From the NCBI GenBank assembly GCA_050298595.1, contig JBNKUM010000085.1, forward strand, positions 83,971 through 147,970: 64,000 nt of DNA, written 5' to 3'. The DNA is from Gammaproteobacteria bacterium (GTDB lineage Bacteria > Pseudomonadota > Gammaproteobacteria > GCA-001735895). Position 1 is the first letter of the stretch. Every line of letters starts with the position of its first letter. The notes beneath the pieces were generated by a model. That model worked only from the letters and a program-made list of their open reading frames with translations. It was not told where the DNA came from and did no database searches. This document shows positions 30,742 to 40,818 of this stretch, in pieces. The position numbers and the translations under genes are program-made.

Positions 30742-32907
30742 TTGCCCGTAACCATCCGATCAATCCTGACTCTATGCTGCCTGGGCCTTACGCTCAATTC
30801 GGTACAGGCCGAGGACTGGAGTCTTTGCTCTGTTCCTGTGATCACCCCTGATCCAGATCTGAACAACTCGAATTTTACCAGTGAAATAACTGCCGACCAG
30901 TTATTCAGCCAGAACAATGATTATCTGTTGTTCACTGGGCAGGTTGAATTCAAACGCAACACAGAATCGATCAATGCGGATAGACTTGAGTTTTATCGAG
31001 ACCCGCAGCATTTACAGGCAAGCGGTAATATTATTTACTCGGACAATTTACTAAAGCTCACCACCAATGCCATGTCATTCAACGATGAGCTAAAACAGGG
31101 ACTGTTTGATAACAGTGATTTCCAGCTGTTTGAGAATCATATACGCGGTTCGGCTGAATACATTGAGCAATCAGATGAGCTACATAGTCAGTTTAAGAAT
31201 GTGAGTTTTACTACCTGCGATCCGGGTGACAATCATTGGTCATTAAGCGCCAGCAAACTTGAGCTGGATAAAGATACGCGTCAGGGTACCGCTCAGAATG
31301 CGCTATTAAAAATCGGCCCGCTGCCGGTATTTTACTTCCCCTGGATGATGTTCCCCCTTGGCGACCAGCGCATGAGTGGGATACTGTCACCCACCATTTC
31401 TGATTCAGACAAAGATGGCACCACTATATCCTTACCGGTTTACTGGAATCAGGCTGAAAACTACGATATGACCATCACTCCGGTGTCATACAGCAAACGT
31501 TCTTTACAGATCAATACCGAGAACCGTTATCTGTTTCAAAATAATCAGGGCCAGCTACAACTGTCATGGCTGGATGACGATATCACTGGAAAAGAGCGCT
31601 GGTACCGTCAGTGGCTGCATGAAATGGATGCCCCCTTGGGCATACACACCTCAATCACCTATCAAAAGGTTTCAGATGAAGCATTTCTGAAAGACTTCGA
31701 ACAGCTGGAATCGGTTACCTATGTTGACTTTCTAAAAAGCTCGATTAGCTTTTCTAACACTTTCGCTGAATGGGATACAAAGCTGCTATTCGAGGAATAT
31801 CAGACTATAGATCTCACACAAAGTGTCGCCTCACGCCCTTACCGGCGCCAGCCGCGTTTGACGATTGACAGGACAAAGGCGCAGGAAGCTTTCAGCCTGA
31901 ATCTAAACTGGCAGAATGAACTGGTTCGCTTTGATCGTGATGACAGCATTACCGGTGACCGACTACATATAAAACCAGCCATCAGCTACCCGATGCAAGG
32001 CGATTATTATTATGTTAACCCCTCGCTACAGCTGGATTTCACCGAATACCGACTGGATAACAACAAAAATGACATCAACTCGATTCAGCGCTCCATCCCG
32101 TTACTGAGTATCGACAGTGGCCTTATCTTTGAACGTGACGCTGGTACAGATGACCTACAGACTCTGGAACCACGGCTTTATCTGCTCTATGTGCCATACG
32201 AAGAGCAGTCGGATATACCGAAATTTGACACCTCTCTAATCGTTGAAAACTATAACAGCCTGTTCATCAACAATCGATTCTCCGGTGCAGACCGCATCGG
32301 CGATACCGAACAGGCCAGCTTTGGGGTCACGACCAGACTACTGGACAAGGAAAAGGGCAACGAATGGTTTAGCGCCAGTATCGCCCAGGCATTTTATGCC
32401 GGAGATCGCAAAGTCAGCCTGGATTCGACTGTCGACGAGCGGCGCAAATCCAACCTGATGACAAACCTTAGCTATAAGCCCAGCCCTGAGTGGAGTCTTC
32501 AACTCAACTCAGCCTATGACCAACAGCTTAAAGAACACCCTTCGTATGATGTCTCATTACGAAGACGTTCCGGGAATCAGGTTTTTAACCTGGAATACCA
32601 TTTCAGAAAAGACTCACTGGAACAATCTACATTATCGATGGTCTACCCTGTCACCCATCGATGGACCAGTTATATCAAACACCAGTATTCATACCTTAAG
32701 CATAGGCCGGTACACAATCTGTTTGGCCTCGAATATGACAGCTGTTGCTGGCGTGTTGACCTGCTGTACGAGGATTCATCGGACGAAGCTTTGACCGAAA
32801 CGGATCACAGTGTTTATTTTCAATTTACCTTTAAAGGTCTGAGTAATGCAGGAAAAGATATCAGTGCAATCCTTGAAGATGGTATCCTTGGCTATACCCC
32901 TGATTAA
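30742..32907 (+). CDS. lptD: LPS-assembly outer-membrane protein LptD (Imp/OstA)
   Basis: 721 aa, signal peptide, OstA N-terminal domain and C-terminal beta-barrel. Followed by surA-pdxA-rsmA as in E. coli. Confidence 0.9.
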   Translation: MPVTIRSILTLCCLGLTLNSVQAEDWSLCSVPVITPDPDLNNSNFTSEITADQLFSQNNDYLLFTGQVEFKRNTESINADRLEFYRDPQHLQASGNIIYSDNLLKLTTNAMSFNDELKQGLFDNSDFQLFENHIRGSAEYIEQSDELHSQFKNVSFTTCDPGDNHWSLSASKLELDKDTRQGTAQNALLKIGPLPVFYFPWMMFPLGDQRMSGILSPTISDSDKDGTTISLPVYWNQAENYDMTITPVSYSKRSLQINTENRYLFQNNQGQLQLSWLDDDITGKERWYRQWLHEMDAPLGIHTSITYQKVSDEAFLKDFEQLESVTYVDFLKSSISFSNTFAEWDTKLLFEEYQTIDLTQSVASRPYRRQPRLTIDRTKAQEAFSLNLNWQNELVRFDRDDSITGDRLHIKPAISYPMQGDYYYVNPSLQLDFTEYRLDNNKNDINSIQRSIPLLSIDSGLIFERDAGTDDLQTLEPRLYLLYVPYEEQSDIPKFDTSLIVENYNSLFINNRFSGADRIGDTEQASFGVTTRLLDKEKGNEWFSASIAQAFYAGDRKVSLDSTVDERRKSNLMTNLSYKPSPEWSLQLNSAYDQQLKEHPSYDVSLRRRSGNQVFNLEYHFRKDSLEQSTLSMVYPVTHRWTSYIKHQYSYLKHRPVHNLFGLEYDSCCWRVDLLYEDSSDEALTETDHSVYFQFTFKGLSNAGKDISAILEDGILGYTPD

Positions 32908-32925
32908 TTTGTTTCTATAAATTCT

Positions 32926-34209
32926 ATGAAGTTAACTCCGAAAATATTACTCCTTTTACTGCTTATGCAGGCTGGTTCGAGTTTTGCAGCCGCACAGTTT
33001 ATCGATGCCGCGATTGCCATCGTAGAAGACGATGTCATTACCAATTATGAGTTGAGCAGGGAAGTTGATCGAATCCGCACGGATTTAGTCAAACAGGGTC
33101 GCAAGATTCCACCCGAGGTATCACTCAACCGTCAGGTGCTGGAATTAATGATCAACAAATCCATACTGCTGCAACAGGCGAATAGCCGAGGCGTTGTCAT
33201 CACCGACACCCAACTAAATTCAACACTGCAAAATATGGCGCGTCGCAATCAAATGACCCTGACGCAATTTCGTAGCGCATTAGTTAATTCTGGGATAGAT
33301 TACAATCGCTTCCGTCAGGATATCAGAGACGAACTGGCCATAAATCACATCAAAAACCAGTATGCGCTACAGAATGTCGAGGTATCGGATCAGGAAGTCG
33401 AAGACTTTCTCGCGCGCAATAGCGAAAACAATAACGCCGAAGAATATAAACTCAGCCATATCCTGATTGCACTACCCGATGCAGCCAGTAGTGAACAGGT
33501 CAGTAAGGCTCGCGAAAGTATAGAAAGCATCAAGCAAAATATCGAACAGGGTGCAGATTTCGCCCAACAGGCCAGTGAATTTTCAGCTGGCGGCAATGCC
33601 CTGCAAGGCGGTGATCTAGGATGGCGCAAGCTGGCTGAAATCCCCAGCTTATTTGCCAATATCGTGCCCAAAATGAAAACCGGTGCCCTCAGTGAAGTAC
33701 TACGCAGTGCCAGTGGCTTTCATATCATCAGGCTGGATGAGAAGCGCAATGGCGAACAGGTTCTGGTTCAACAAACCCATGCGCGACACATCCTGATAAA
33801 AACCGATGAAATCACTGATTTACAACAGGCAAGGCAAAAGCTGGAAGATATCCGCCTGCGCATCATCAACGGTGATGACTTTGCAGAACTGGCCAAACAG
33901 TATTCCGATGACCCTGGCTCAGGTGGACTGGGCGGCGATCTGGGATGGTTTGGAGCAGGAACGATGGTAAAAGAATTTCAGCAGGTAGTGGATGACACCG
34001 CTATTAATGAAGTCAGTGAAGTCTTCCGCTCACCCTTTGGCTGGCATCTGATACAGGTACTTGGACGAAGAACCATCGATGAAACCGATGAAAGCAAACG
34101 CAACAGTATTCGCTCACAGCTGCAGGAACAGAAAAAGAAGGAAGTGCTGGAATTATGGGAGCGTCGACTCAGAGATCAGGCTTTTGTAAAACTCGTCAAT
34201 GCCAGGTAA
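32926..34209 (+). CDS. surA: Periplasmic chaperone / PPIase SurA
   Basis: Signal peptide, SurA N-domain and two parvulin domains (GGDLGW... motifs twice). Confidence 0.9.
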   Translation: MKLTPKILLLLLLMQAGSSFAAAQFIDAAIAIVEDDVITNYELSREVDRIRTDLVKQGRKIPPEVSLNRQVLELMINKSILLQQANSRGVVITDTQLNSTLQNMARRNQMTLTQFRSALVNSGIDYNRFRQDIRDELAINHIKNQYALQNVEVSDQEVEDFLARNSENNNAEEYKLSHILIALPDAASSEQVSKARESIESIKQNIEQGADFAQQASEFSAGGNALQGGDLGWRKLAEIPSLFANIVPKMKTGALSEVLRSASGFHIIRLDEKRNGEQVLVQQTHARHILIKTDEITDLQQARQKLEDIRLRIINGDDFAELAKQYSDDPGSGGLGGDLGWFGAGTMVKEFQQVVDDTAINEVSEVFRSPFGWHLIQVLGRRTIDETDESKRNSIRSQLQEQKKKEVLELWERRLRDQAFVKLVNAR

Positions 34210-35188
34210 ACCCATTATCGCGATTACCAGCGGTGAACCTGCTGGTATAGGCCCAGAATTAATGGCTTCTATTCATGCCAATGAATTTGATGCCCGACTA
34301 GTGGTGCTAGGTGATGAAAATCTGATCCGATCACGCGCTGCATCGATAGACCGCAGCATTCATTTGCAATCCTTTGATCCAGACATAGTCGTTCCCAATG
34401 GTGCGCTGGAAATCAGGCATATTCCCTTACATAAGCCAGCTGTGGCTGGAAAGCTTGATTCAGCAAATGCTGGCTATGTACTGGAAACCCTGGACGATGC
34501 CTGCCATGGCTGCTTAAACAATACCTATCAAGCCATGGTCACAGCCCCCATCCAGAAAGACATCATTAACATAGCCGGCATCCCATTTAGTGGGCATACC
34601 GAATACCTGGCTGAATTATGCAAAGCGCCTAAACCTGTCATGATGCTGGCTACTGATACCTTACGCGTGGCTCTGGCGACCACACATTTACCGCTACGCG
34701 ATGTCGCTGACGCTATCAATTCCGAAGAACTGGAAAACATCATCAACATCATTCATCACGATCTTAAATCCCGCTTCGGCTTAACTCGACCTCATATCAA
34801 GGTATGCGGATTAAACCCTCATGCGGGCGAGAATGGTTATCTTGGTCAAGAAGAGATAGACATCATTATCCCGCTTATCAGGAAAATGCAGTCGGCAGGT
34901 ATCAATGTCAGCGGTCCTTATCCTGCCGATACAGTCTTCACCATTGATTCATTAAAAGATGCCGATATCGTCCTTGCTATGTACCACGATCAGGGCCTAC
35001 CGGTTCTTAAACATGCTGGATTCAACCATTCGATCAATACCACCCTGGGGTTGCCTATCATCCGAACCTCGGTAGATCATGGCACTGCCTTGCATCTTGC
35101 AGGAACTGGAAAAGCTAAACCAGACAGCCTGTTTGCCGCTATCCGTTCAGCCATGAGTCAATGTCAACACCTGCAGCGACTGCAATGA
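34199..35188 (+). CDS. pdxA: 4-hydroxythreonine-4-phosphate dehydrogenase
   Basis: ITSGEPAGIGPE...HGTA canonical PdxA. Confidence 0.9.
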   Translation: MPGKPIIAITSGEPAGIGPELMASIHANEFDARLVVLGDENLIRSRAASIDRSIHLQSFDPDIVVPNGALEIRHIPLHKPAVAGKLDSANAGYVLETLDDACHGCLNNTYQAMVTAPIQKDIINIAGIPFSGHTEYLAELCKAPKPVMMLATDTLRVALATTHLPLRDVADAINSEELENIINIIHHDLKSRFGLTRPHIKVCGLNPHAGENGYLGQEEIDIIIPLIRKMQSAGINVSGPYPADTVFTIDSLKDADIVLAMYHDQGLPVLKHAGFNHSINTTLGLPIIRTSVDHGTALHLAGTGKAKPDSLFAAIRSAMSQCQHLQRLQ

Positions 35189-35961
35189 CTCATAAGGCAC
35201 GTAAACGTTTCGGTCAGCATTTTCTGCACGATCAGAATATCATCCATAAGATCATCTCTGCACTGAACCCGCAGCCGGGGCAGAATATTGTCGAGATTGG
35301 TCCTGGGCAGGGCGCGCTAACCCTGCCCCTGTTAAAGCGCTGTCAGAGGCTCACTGCGATTGAACTGGATCGAGACCTGATTCCGATACTGCAACGCAAA
35401 TCTGCTGACATTGGCGAGTTGACTCTGGTGAATCAGGATGTGCTGAATTTTGATCTGGCGGCGCTTGAATTAGATCCTCCATTCAGGATGGTCGGTAATC
35501 TTCCATACAACATATCCACCCCTTTGATGTTTCATCTATTGAAATCCAGCGCGCTGATCAGCGATATGGTTTTCATGCTGCAAAAAGAGGTCGCACAGCG
35601 CATCATTGCCGACCCGCACAACAAGCTTTACGGTAAATTAACCGTGATGATGCAATACTTCTGCGAAAGTGAGTATTTGTTCGATGTACCCCCCGGCTGT
35701 TTCTCTCCCCCACCCAGGGTGGATTCGGCGGTGATACGTCTGCGTCCACACGCCACTTTACCTGCCAATGTGGATGTCGATGAACTCGAAAAAGTGGTCT
35801 CAGCCGCTTTTAACCAACGCAGAAAAACTATCAGTAATTCACTTAAAAACCTGATCGACAGGAGTATAATAAATAGTTTAGGAATAGACCCATCTGCTCG
35901 AGCAGAAAATTTGTCCCTGACCCATTTTGTACAACTAACACAGGCAATGCTGAATCAATAA
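35161..35961 (+). CDS. rsmA: 16S rRNA (adenine1518/1519-N6)-dimethyltransferase
   Basis: ARKRFGQHFLHDQNII...VEIGPGQGALT... KsgA/RsmA. Confidence 0.9.
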   Translation: MSTPAATAMTHKARKRFGQHFLHDQNIIHKIISALNPQPGQNIVEIGPGQGALTLPLLKRCQRLTAIELDRDLIPILQRKSADIGELTLVNQDVLNFDLAALELDPPFRMVGNLPYNISTPLMFHLLKSSALISDMVFMLQKEVAQRIIADPHNKLYGKLTVMMQYFCESEYLFDVPPGCFSPPPRVDSAVIRLRPHATLPANVDVDELEKVVSAAFNQRRKTISNSLKNLIDRSIINSLGIDPSARAENLSLTHFVQLTQAMLNQ

Positions 35962-35962
35962 C

Positions 35963-36454
35963 ATGACCACATCTCTTTCAATTATCTGTGCTATGGATCA
36001 GAACCGGCTGATTGGCAAGAATAATGCCTTACCCTGGCACCTGCCTGCTGACCTGGCATTTTTTAAGCAAAACACCCTGGGGAAACCGATTGTGATGGGG
36101 CGCAAGACCTATGAATCGATTGGACGCCCCCTGCCCGGCAGGCAAAATATAATCATCACACGCGATGCTAATTACCGGGCCGAAGGTTGTGATTGCTGCT
36201 CAAGTATCGAAGCCGCGCTTGAGCTGGCCCGCGATCATGCTGAAGTGATGCTGATCGGTGGCGCAAGCCTCTATCAACAAACGCTGGAAAAGGCACAGCA
36301 CCTCTACTTAACTCGAATTCACTCAAGCTTTGAAGGCGACGCCTGGTTTCCAGAAATTAACCCTGATGACTGGAAGGAGATCTGGCGCGAAGACCACCGC
36401 TCGGATGAAAAAAATATATGCGATTTCTCTTTTGTTAAATATTCCAGAAAATAA
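35963..36454 (+). CDS. folA: Dihydrofolate reductase
   Basis: ISLIAAM-type N-terminus (LSIICAMDQNRLIGKNNALPW), GRKTYESIGRPLPGR. Confidence 0.85.
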   Translation: MTTSLSIICAMDQNRLIGKNNALPWHLPADLAFFKQNTLGKPIVMGRKTYESIGRPLPGRQNIIITRDANYRAEGCDCCSSIEAALELARDHAEVMLIGGASLYQQTLEKAQHLYLTRIHSSFEGDAWFPEINPDDWKEIWREDHRSDEKNICDFSFVKYSRK

Positions 36455-36522
36455 ACGACCAGCGCGCTTGGCTTATCAACATTGATTTACTAGAATGACC
36501 GTCCATTTAATGAGAGAGCGCT

Positions 36523-36807
36523 ATGGAGCTAGATAAAATGGAAAGCCGCACCTACATTATTGGTAGAGAAGGGCATATATATCTGAACGACAAAACTGTC
36601 AGTAAGCAGCATGCAGAGATTCAGATTATGAACGGCGAAATATACCTGAGAGATCTTGAGTCCACCAACGGTACCTATCTGGTAAAAAATAATCGTCTGG
36701 TTGCTTTTGCTGAAGGTTATGTACAGCTTAACCAGGCAATAGTTATTGGAAATAAGCAATACACGATTAAGAAATTACTGGAAATGGCCGGGGCTATCGC
36801 TGCCTGA
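36523..36807 (+). CDS. Stand-alone FHA-domain protein
   Basis: 94 aa. YIIGREGHIYLNDKTVSKQHAEIQIMNGEIYLRDLESTNGTYLV is a textbook FHA core (GR...SR.HA...DL.S.NGT). Confidence 0.7.
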   Translation: MELDKMESRTYIIGREGHIYLNDKTVSKQHAEIQIMNGEIYLRDLESTNGTYLVKNNRLVAFAEGYVQLNQAIVIGNKQYTIKKLLEMAGAIAA

Positions 36808-36845
36808 TTGAGGACATTATTCACCCTTTCGCAACACCTGTTCAG

Positions 36846-37127
36846 CTAGCTGATCGCTTTTTTCTGGCTTCTTTCATCGATAAAAACAGCAGAAGAATCA
36901 ACAGTTTCAACGACTCTCATCTCCATCTCTTCTAACTCACCAGGCGCCAGATAGTAGACCATATCAATTTGATGTCGGATATATCTTGATGGTAATCGTG
37001 TTAATGAATAACAGGCGACATCGAGAAAAAACTCTTCATCATGCTGTGGGTATTTGTCCACCAGAGTTTGACTAATATACTCAAACACCAGATTTTCGTA
37101 ATAATTATACAAACTGGCAAAATTCAT
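36846..37127 (-). CDS. ComFB-like small protein (putative cyclic-nucleotide receptor family)
   Basis: 93 aa. NYYENLVFEYISQTL...FLDVACYSLTRLPSRY pattern resembles the ComFB domain (PF10719). Last gene of the GAF-FecR operon. Confidence 0.45.
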   Translation of the reverse strand: MNFASLYNYYENLVFEYISQTLVDKYPQHDEEFFLDVACYSLTRLPSRYIRHQIDMVYYLAPGELEEMEMRVVETVDSSAVFIDERSQKKAIS

Positions 37128-37143
37128 TCGACTTACCTCTTTG

Positions 37144-38184
37144 TTATAGCCCTAGTCCAAATAGCGCACCACCTATTAACCAGGGCCAGAGTCCATTTTC
37201 TTCTTCTGGTGGTTTTGCATTCTGGTAAATTTTTGATTCTGCTTCGTTCAGCAGCCCAGGAACTGGTTCTTGATTATCCATCTTCTGCACCTTGCCCCAG
37301 TCTGCCACAGCATATTGCCCCTGAGCAAGCTCTCCCTGCACACCTTCTTCATCTTTCAAAGTAATCGCCCCCTTCAGTACCGCCACATGCAAACGGCTGT
37401 CTTCAGATGCACTGTTTGCTGAGTGTTCACAGTCATTAACTTGACATAGCATTAGCACATAATCAGTGCCGCGTACGCCAATAGTCATGACTCCTGCACT
37501 AACCCGATAAATACTTAAGGGATTAGCCGCAATAGCCCCGGTAATTTTACGCAACCCCCCCTTGATTAGATCAATGATACTGCGGCTGCCTTTTTCAAAG
37601 GCTGACTTCATCACGTACTCAGTAATACGTACAGAACTATCCGTTTTTAAATACAACTTTGCACCATCAACCATATCTATAGCTACCGTACTATCTGTGG
37701 AAGTTTTTATCCTGTCACCTTCATATACCGGAGAGTTTTGCTGGAGTGCATTCTGCTTTCCATTTTTATCGGTAGCTATAACATAACCATTAACACCTTT
37801 GATGACGCCTACCTGGACAAATCGATTAACCGCATTGAGTTTAGCGGGTTTACCGGGTTCACGGAGTTCACGGAGTTCATGGATTTTTTTAATGGTAACC
37901 ATTTTTAACGATGACCCTACGATCAGTTGACCAGTAAAACTGTCAAACGCTTCAGGGTTAAACTCCTGTATCTTCTGTTTTATCTGCGGCCAGAGGGGCT
38001 TATGCTCCGCATATATCTGCTCCACCAGTTTATCCAGAGTTTGATCTGGCCCAACTCGCATAATTTGGCGTGAAGATTCTACAAATTCGTAATGAATTTC
38101 CTCTGCATTTAGCGGGGTAAGTAAACAAATAAACACCAGAAAAAATCCAAACCCCAGAACACTCCTGGGTAAATAATGAATCAT
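37144..38184 (-). CDS. FecR-domain protein (secreted/periplasmic, single FecR domain)
   Basis: N-terminal hydrophobic segment. FecR-type beta-sandwich (VYEGDRIKTSTDSTVAIDMVDGAKLYLKTDSSVRI). IKGGLRKITGAI...IGVRGTDY motifs shared with the FecR protein inside the TPS operon. Start overlaps the GAF gene. Confidence 0.6.
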   Translation of the reverse strand: MIHYLPRSVLGFGFFLVFICLLTPLNAEEIHYEFVESSRQIMRVGPDQTLDKLVEQIYAEHKPLWPQIKQKIQEFNPEAFDSFTGQLIVGSSLKMVTIKKIHELRELREPGKPAKLNAVNRFVQVGVIKGVNGYVIATDKNGKQNALQQNSPVYEGDRIKTSTDSTVAIDMVDGAKLYLKTDSSVRITEYVMKSAFEKGSRSIIDLIKGGLRKITGAIAANPLSIYRVSAGVMTIGVRGTDYVLMLCQVNDCEHSANSASEDSRLHVAVLKGAITLKDEEGVQGELAQGQYAVADWGKVQKMDNQEPVPGLLNEAESKIYQNAKPPEEENGLWPWLIGGALFGLGL

Positions 38185-38825
38185 TTTGGCTCTCCATCAA
38201 TAAAGGTTAATTTTTGCACGCATTCAAGTACCTGACTGGCCATCCTGCCTGCAACATGCAGAATATTCAAGTCATTGATATCAAATGCAGCATCCTGTTT
38301 GTGGTTGACTACTTCAATCGCGCCAACAACCTCGTCTTCGATAGTCACGGGAGTACACATCAGTGAAGATGTTTGGAAATTAAGGCGTTCATCGATTGAC
38401 GCTGACCATTGCTTAGAGGCATGAACGTCTTCAACGAGCAATGCCTCTTTAGTCTTTATCACATGCCCAACCAATCCAGTATCTAGTGAAATCCGGTGAT
38501 TAAGTAAGTGATCATGCGATTCACCAACGACCGCGACGAACTCTAATTCACTGGTTTCCTCATCGATGAGTATTAACGAACCATTTTCGGTATTACAGGC
38601 ATGCATCACCATCTCCAATAATTCATTGAGCAATTCTGGAAGCTCCAGATTTATACTCATCGAGTGGGTCCTGGTATCAAGCTCTGCCAGTACTCGAAAC
38701 GCCTGTTGATGCCTGGCAAGTTTTTTACTGACCTGCTGGTTACGCACTTTCAGCAGATCATTCTCATCCCGTAGCATCTGAATAATATCGCGCCGATTAA
38801 TTGCCATATAGATAAATCCATTCAC
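38181..38825 (-). CDS. Coiled-coil + GAF-domain protein
   Basis: N-terminal coiled coil (LRDENDLLKVRNQQVSKKLARHQQAFRVLAELD). GAF fold (GSLILIDEETSELEFVAVVGES...GLVGHV...MCTPV...VGAIEVVN). Confidence 0.6.
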   Translation of the reverse strand: MNGFIYMAINRRDIIQMLRDENDLLKVRNQQVSKKLARHQQAFRVLAELDTRTHSMSINLELPELLNELLEMVMHACNTENGSLILIDEETSELEFVAVVGESHDHLLNHRISLDTGLVGHVIKTKEALLVEDVHASKQWSASIDERLNFQTSSLMCTPVTIEDEVVGAIEVVNHKQDAAFDINDLNILHVAGRMASQVLECVQKLTFIDGEPK

Positions 38826-38959
38826 AAAGTGTGCATAATATGATAGAGGACGACCGCTAAAAACACCAATCGTGTTAACATACTGAATTTAAAGGCCAGA
38901 CGGTTAGGTTATTCGACAAAATGCATTATTTCTTGCGTAAGAGGAATGCGTTTAATCAA

Positions 38960-39808
38960 TTAACGGGAAGATTTTCTTTCTGATGTGGCAGTTTTTTCGC
39001 AGGAAAGACTAAACCAGCGTGGTGTTTTCTTATCGATACGTAGAGCTGTGATGCGCCCGCCCCATAAGCAACCACTGTCAATAGCAAAACAACCGCCATA
39101 CTGATTGGTGGGCAAGGTTGACCAGTGACCGAAAGCCAGGCGGTTATGCTTGATAGCAGATTGACTAAATTCAAACCAGGGATTGACATCGCTGGAGTTA
39201 ACTTTTTGCGGCGCACCTTTGATTTCAAGATCAAGGCTGCCATCATTTCGCAGGTAACGCATGCGGGTAAATACGTTGGTAATAAAGCGCAGCCTTTCCA
39301 TTCCGTCGAGTTGATCTGACCAAATTGCGGGATGATTACCGTACATTTCCCTTAGAAAATCGACTATGCGTTCTCCACGTAACGCTTGCTCAACTTCCCG
39401 TGCGCACTCATAAGCCTGGGTAAGACTCCATCCAGGGTAAATACCCGCATGAACCATGGCAAAATTCAACCCAATATCGTAATGCAGAAGCGGTCTGAAC
39501 CTGAGCCACTCAATCAATTCCTTGCAGTCATCAGCTTGCAGAATCTGGTTTAAGCTATTACTTGATTTAACTTTGACCTGCCCATAATAGAGTGCCAGTA
39601 AGTGCAGATCATGGTTACCCAATACGCTGACCGCGCTATCGCCCAAAGAGCGCACAAAACGTAATGTTTTCAAGGACTGTGGCCCACGATTGACCAGATC
39701 TCCGACGAACCATAATTGATCCGTTTGCTGATCATAATTTATCGCTTTGAGCAGCTTTTTCAGGTTGCTGTAACAACCCTGTACATCGCCAATCACATAA
39801 ACAGCCAT
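38960..39808 (-). CDS. apaH: Bis(5'-nucleosyl)-tetraphosphatase (symmetrical)
   Basis: MAVYVIGDVQGCYSNLKKLL...GDLVNRGP...GNHD, canonical ApaH. Confidence 0.9.
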   Translation of the reverse strand: MAVYVIGDVQGCYSNLKKLLKAINYDQQTDQLWFVGDLVNRGPQSLKTLRFVRSLGDSAVSVLGNHDLHLLALYYGQVKVKSSNSLNQILQADDCKELIEWLRFRPLLHYDIGLNFAMVHAGIYPGWSLTQAYECAREVEQALRGERIVDFLREMYGNHPAIWSDQLDGMERLRFITNVFTRMRYLRNDGSLDLEIKGAPQKVNSSDVNPWFEFSQSAIKHNRLAFGHWSTLPTNQYGGCFAIDSGCLWGGRITALRIDKKTPRWFSLSCEKTATSERKSSR

Positions 39809-39815
39809 CTCAGCC

Positions 39816-40433
39816 TCATTCAGCAGACGCTGATTTTTTTAATTCAATATAACGAAACCAGCCATTTGCCAGGGCTGGCTCATCACTTACTAATGTGAGC
39901 TGATTGCATTTAGCCAGTAAATGCTCAAATACCACATTGGTTTTGGTGGCAAAATGTCTAATCAGAGGATTGATCAAACGACGTCCTAATGCCAGCTGTC
40001 CGGGACGTAAGAATTTATCGACAATCAGTAATTGCCCGCCAGGCTTTAATATTCTGCTAGCTTCAGTCAGGGCCTTAAATGAGTCGGGAACGATGGCGAG
40101 TATTAAATGCATGATGACCGCATCAAAGGCATTATCTTCAAACGGCAATTTCATTGCATCCGCCTGTTGAAGCGTGAGATCAAGATCATCACGCTGGGCA
40201 GCTCGGTTACGTGCTTTAGCTAACATCGCAGGTGTTATATCAATGCCAGTATAGCTGGCTTTTGGGTTGAGAAAAGGTATATCCAGCCCGGTACCGATAC
40301 CGACAATTAACGTGTCTGGGGTACCCTGATGATTCAGACGTAGCAGGCTCTTCTGCCTTAGCGGCCTGGTTGCACTATCTACCATGACATCGTAAATGGG
40401 TGCCAGTAACGTATAGCTGTGTTTTAGCGCCAC
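39816..40433 (-). CDS. Class I SAM-dependent methyltransferase
   Basis: [10 protein letters not shown] (motif I), ...AVIMHLIL..., PGGQLLIV. Inserted between apaG and apaH. Confidence 0.65.
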   Translation of the reverse strand: MALKHSYTLLAPIYDVMVDSATRPLRQKSLLRLNHQGTPDTLIVGIGTGLDIPFLNPKASYTGIDITPAMLAKARNRAAQRDDLDLTLQQADAMKLPFEDNAFDAVIMHLILAIVPDSFKALTEASRILKPGGQLLIVDKFLRPGQLALGRRLINPLIRHFATKTNVVFEHLLAKCNQLTLVSDEPALANGWFRYIELKKSASAE

Positions 40434-40804
40434 TAATGTAATACTCTGGGTGTAGATAATACAAACTCATCAATAGTCGCATCGAATAACTTGCCATCTT
40501 CAGCCCGCATTTCATAACTGCCGCGCATGGTACCTATAGAGGTTTCCAGCATGGTTCCAGAGGTATACACAAACTGTTCACCCGGTTTTAAATGTGGTTG
40601 CTCACCTACCACACCTTCTCCGCGAACCTCCTGCACCTTTTGGTTGGAGTCGGTGATTATCCAGTGCCTGTTGATTAATTTCGCCGCCTGGTCACCCTTG
40701 TTGACAATAGTGATGGTATAGGCAAATACATAATAATCCTGCTCTGGATTGGATTGCTCTTCGATATAATGGGTTTGCACATCAACCTGTATGTTATTCA
40801 TCAA
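40433..40804 (-). CDS. apaG: ApaG (DUF525) protein
   Basis: 123 aa, ...[46 protein letters not shown]... ApaG family. Confidence 0.85.
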   Translation of the reverse strand: MMNNIQVDVQTHYIEEQSNPEQDYYVFAYTITIVNKGDQAAKLINRHWIITDSNQKVQEVRGEGVVGEQPHLKPGEQFVYTSGTMLETSIGTMRGSYEMRAEDGKLFDATIDEFVLSTPRVLH

Positions 40805-40818
40805 TCGCTCCTTAGTCG

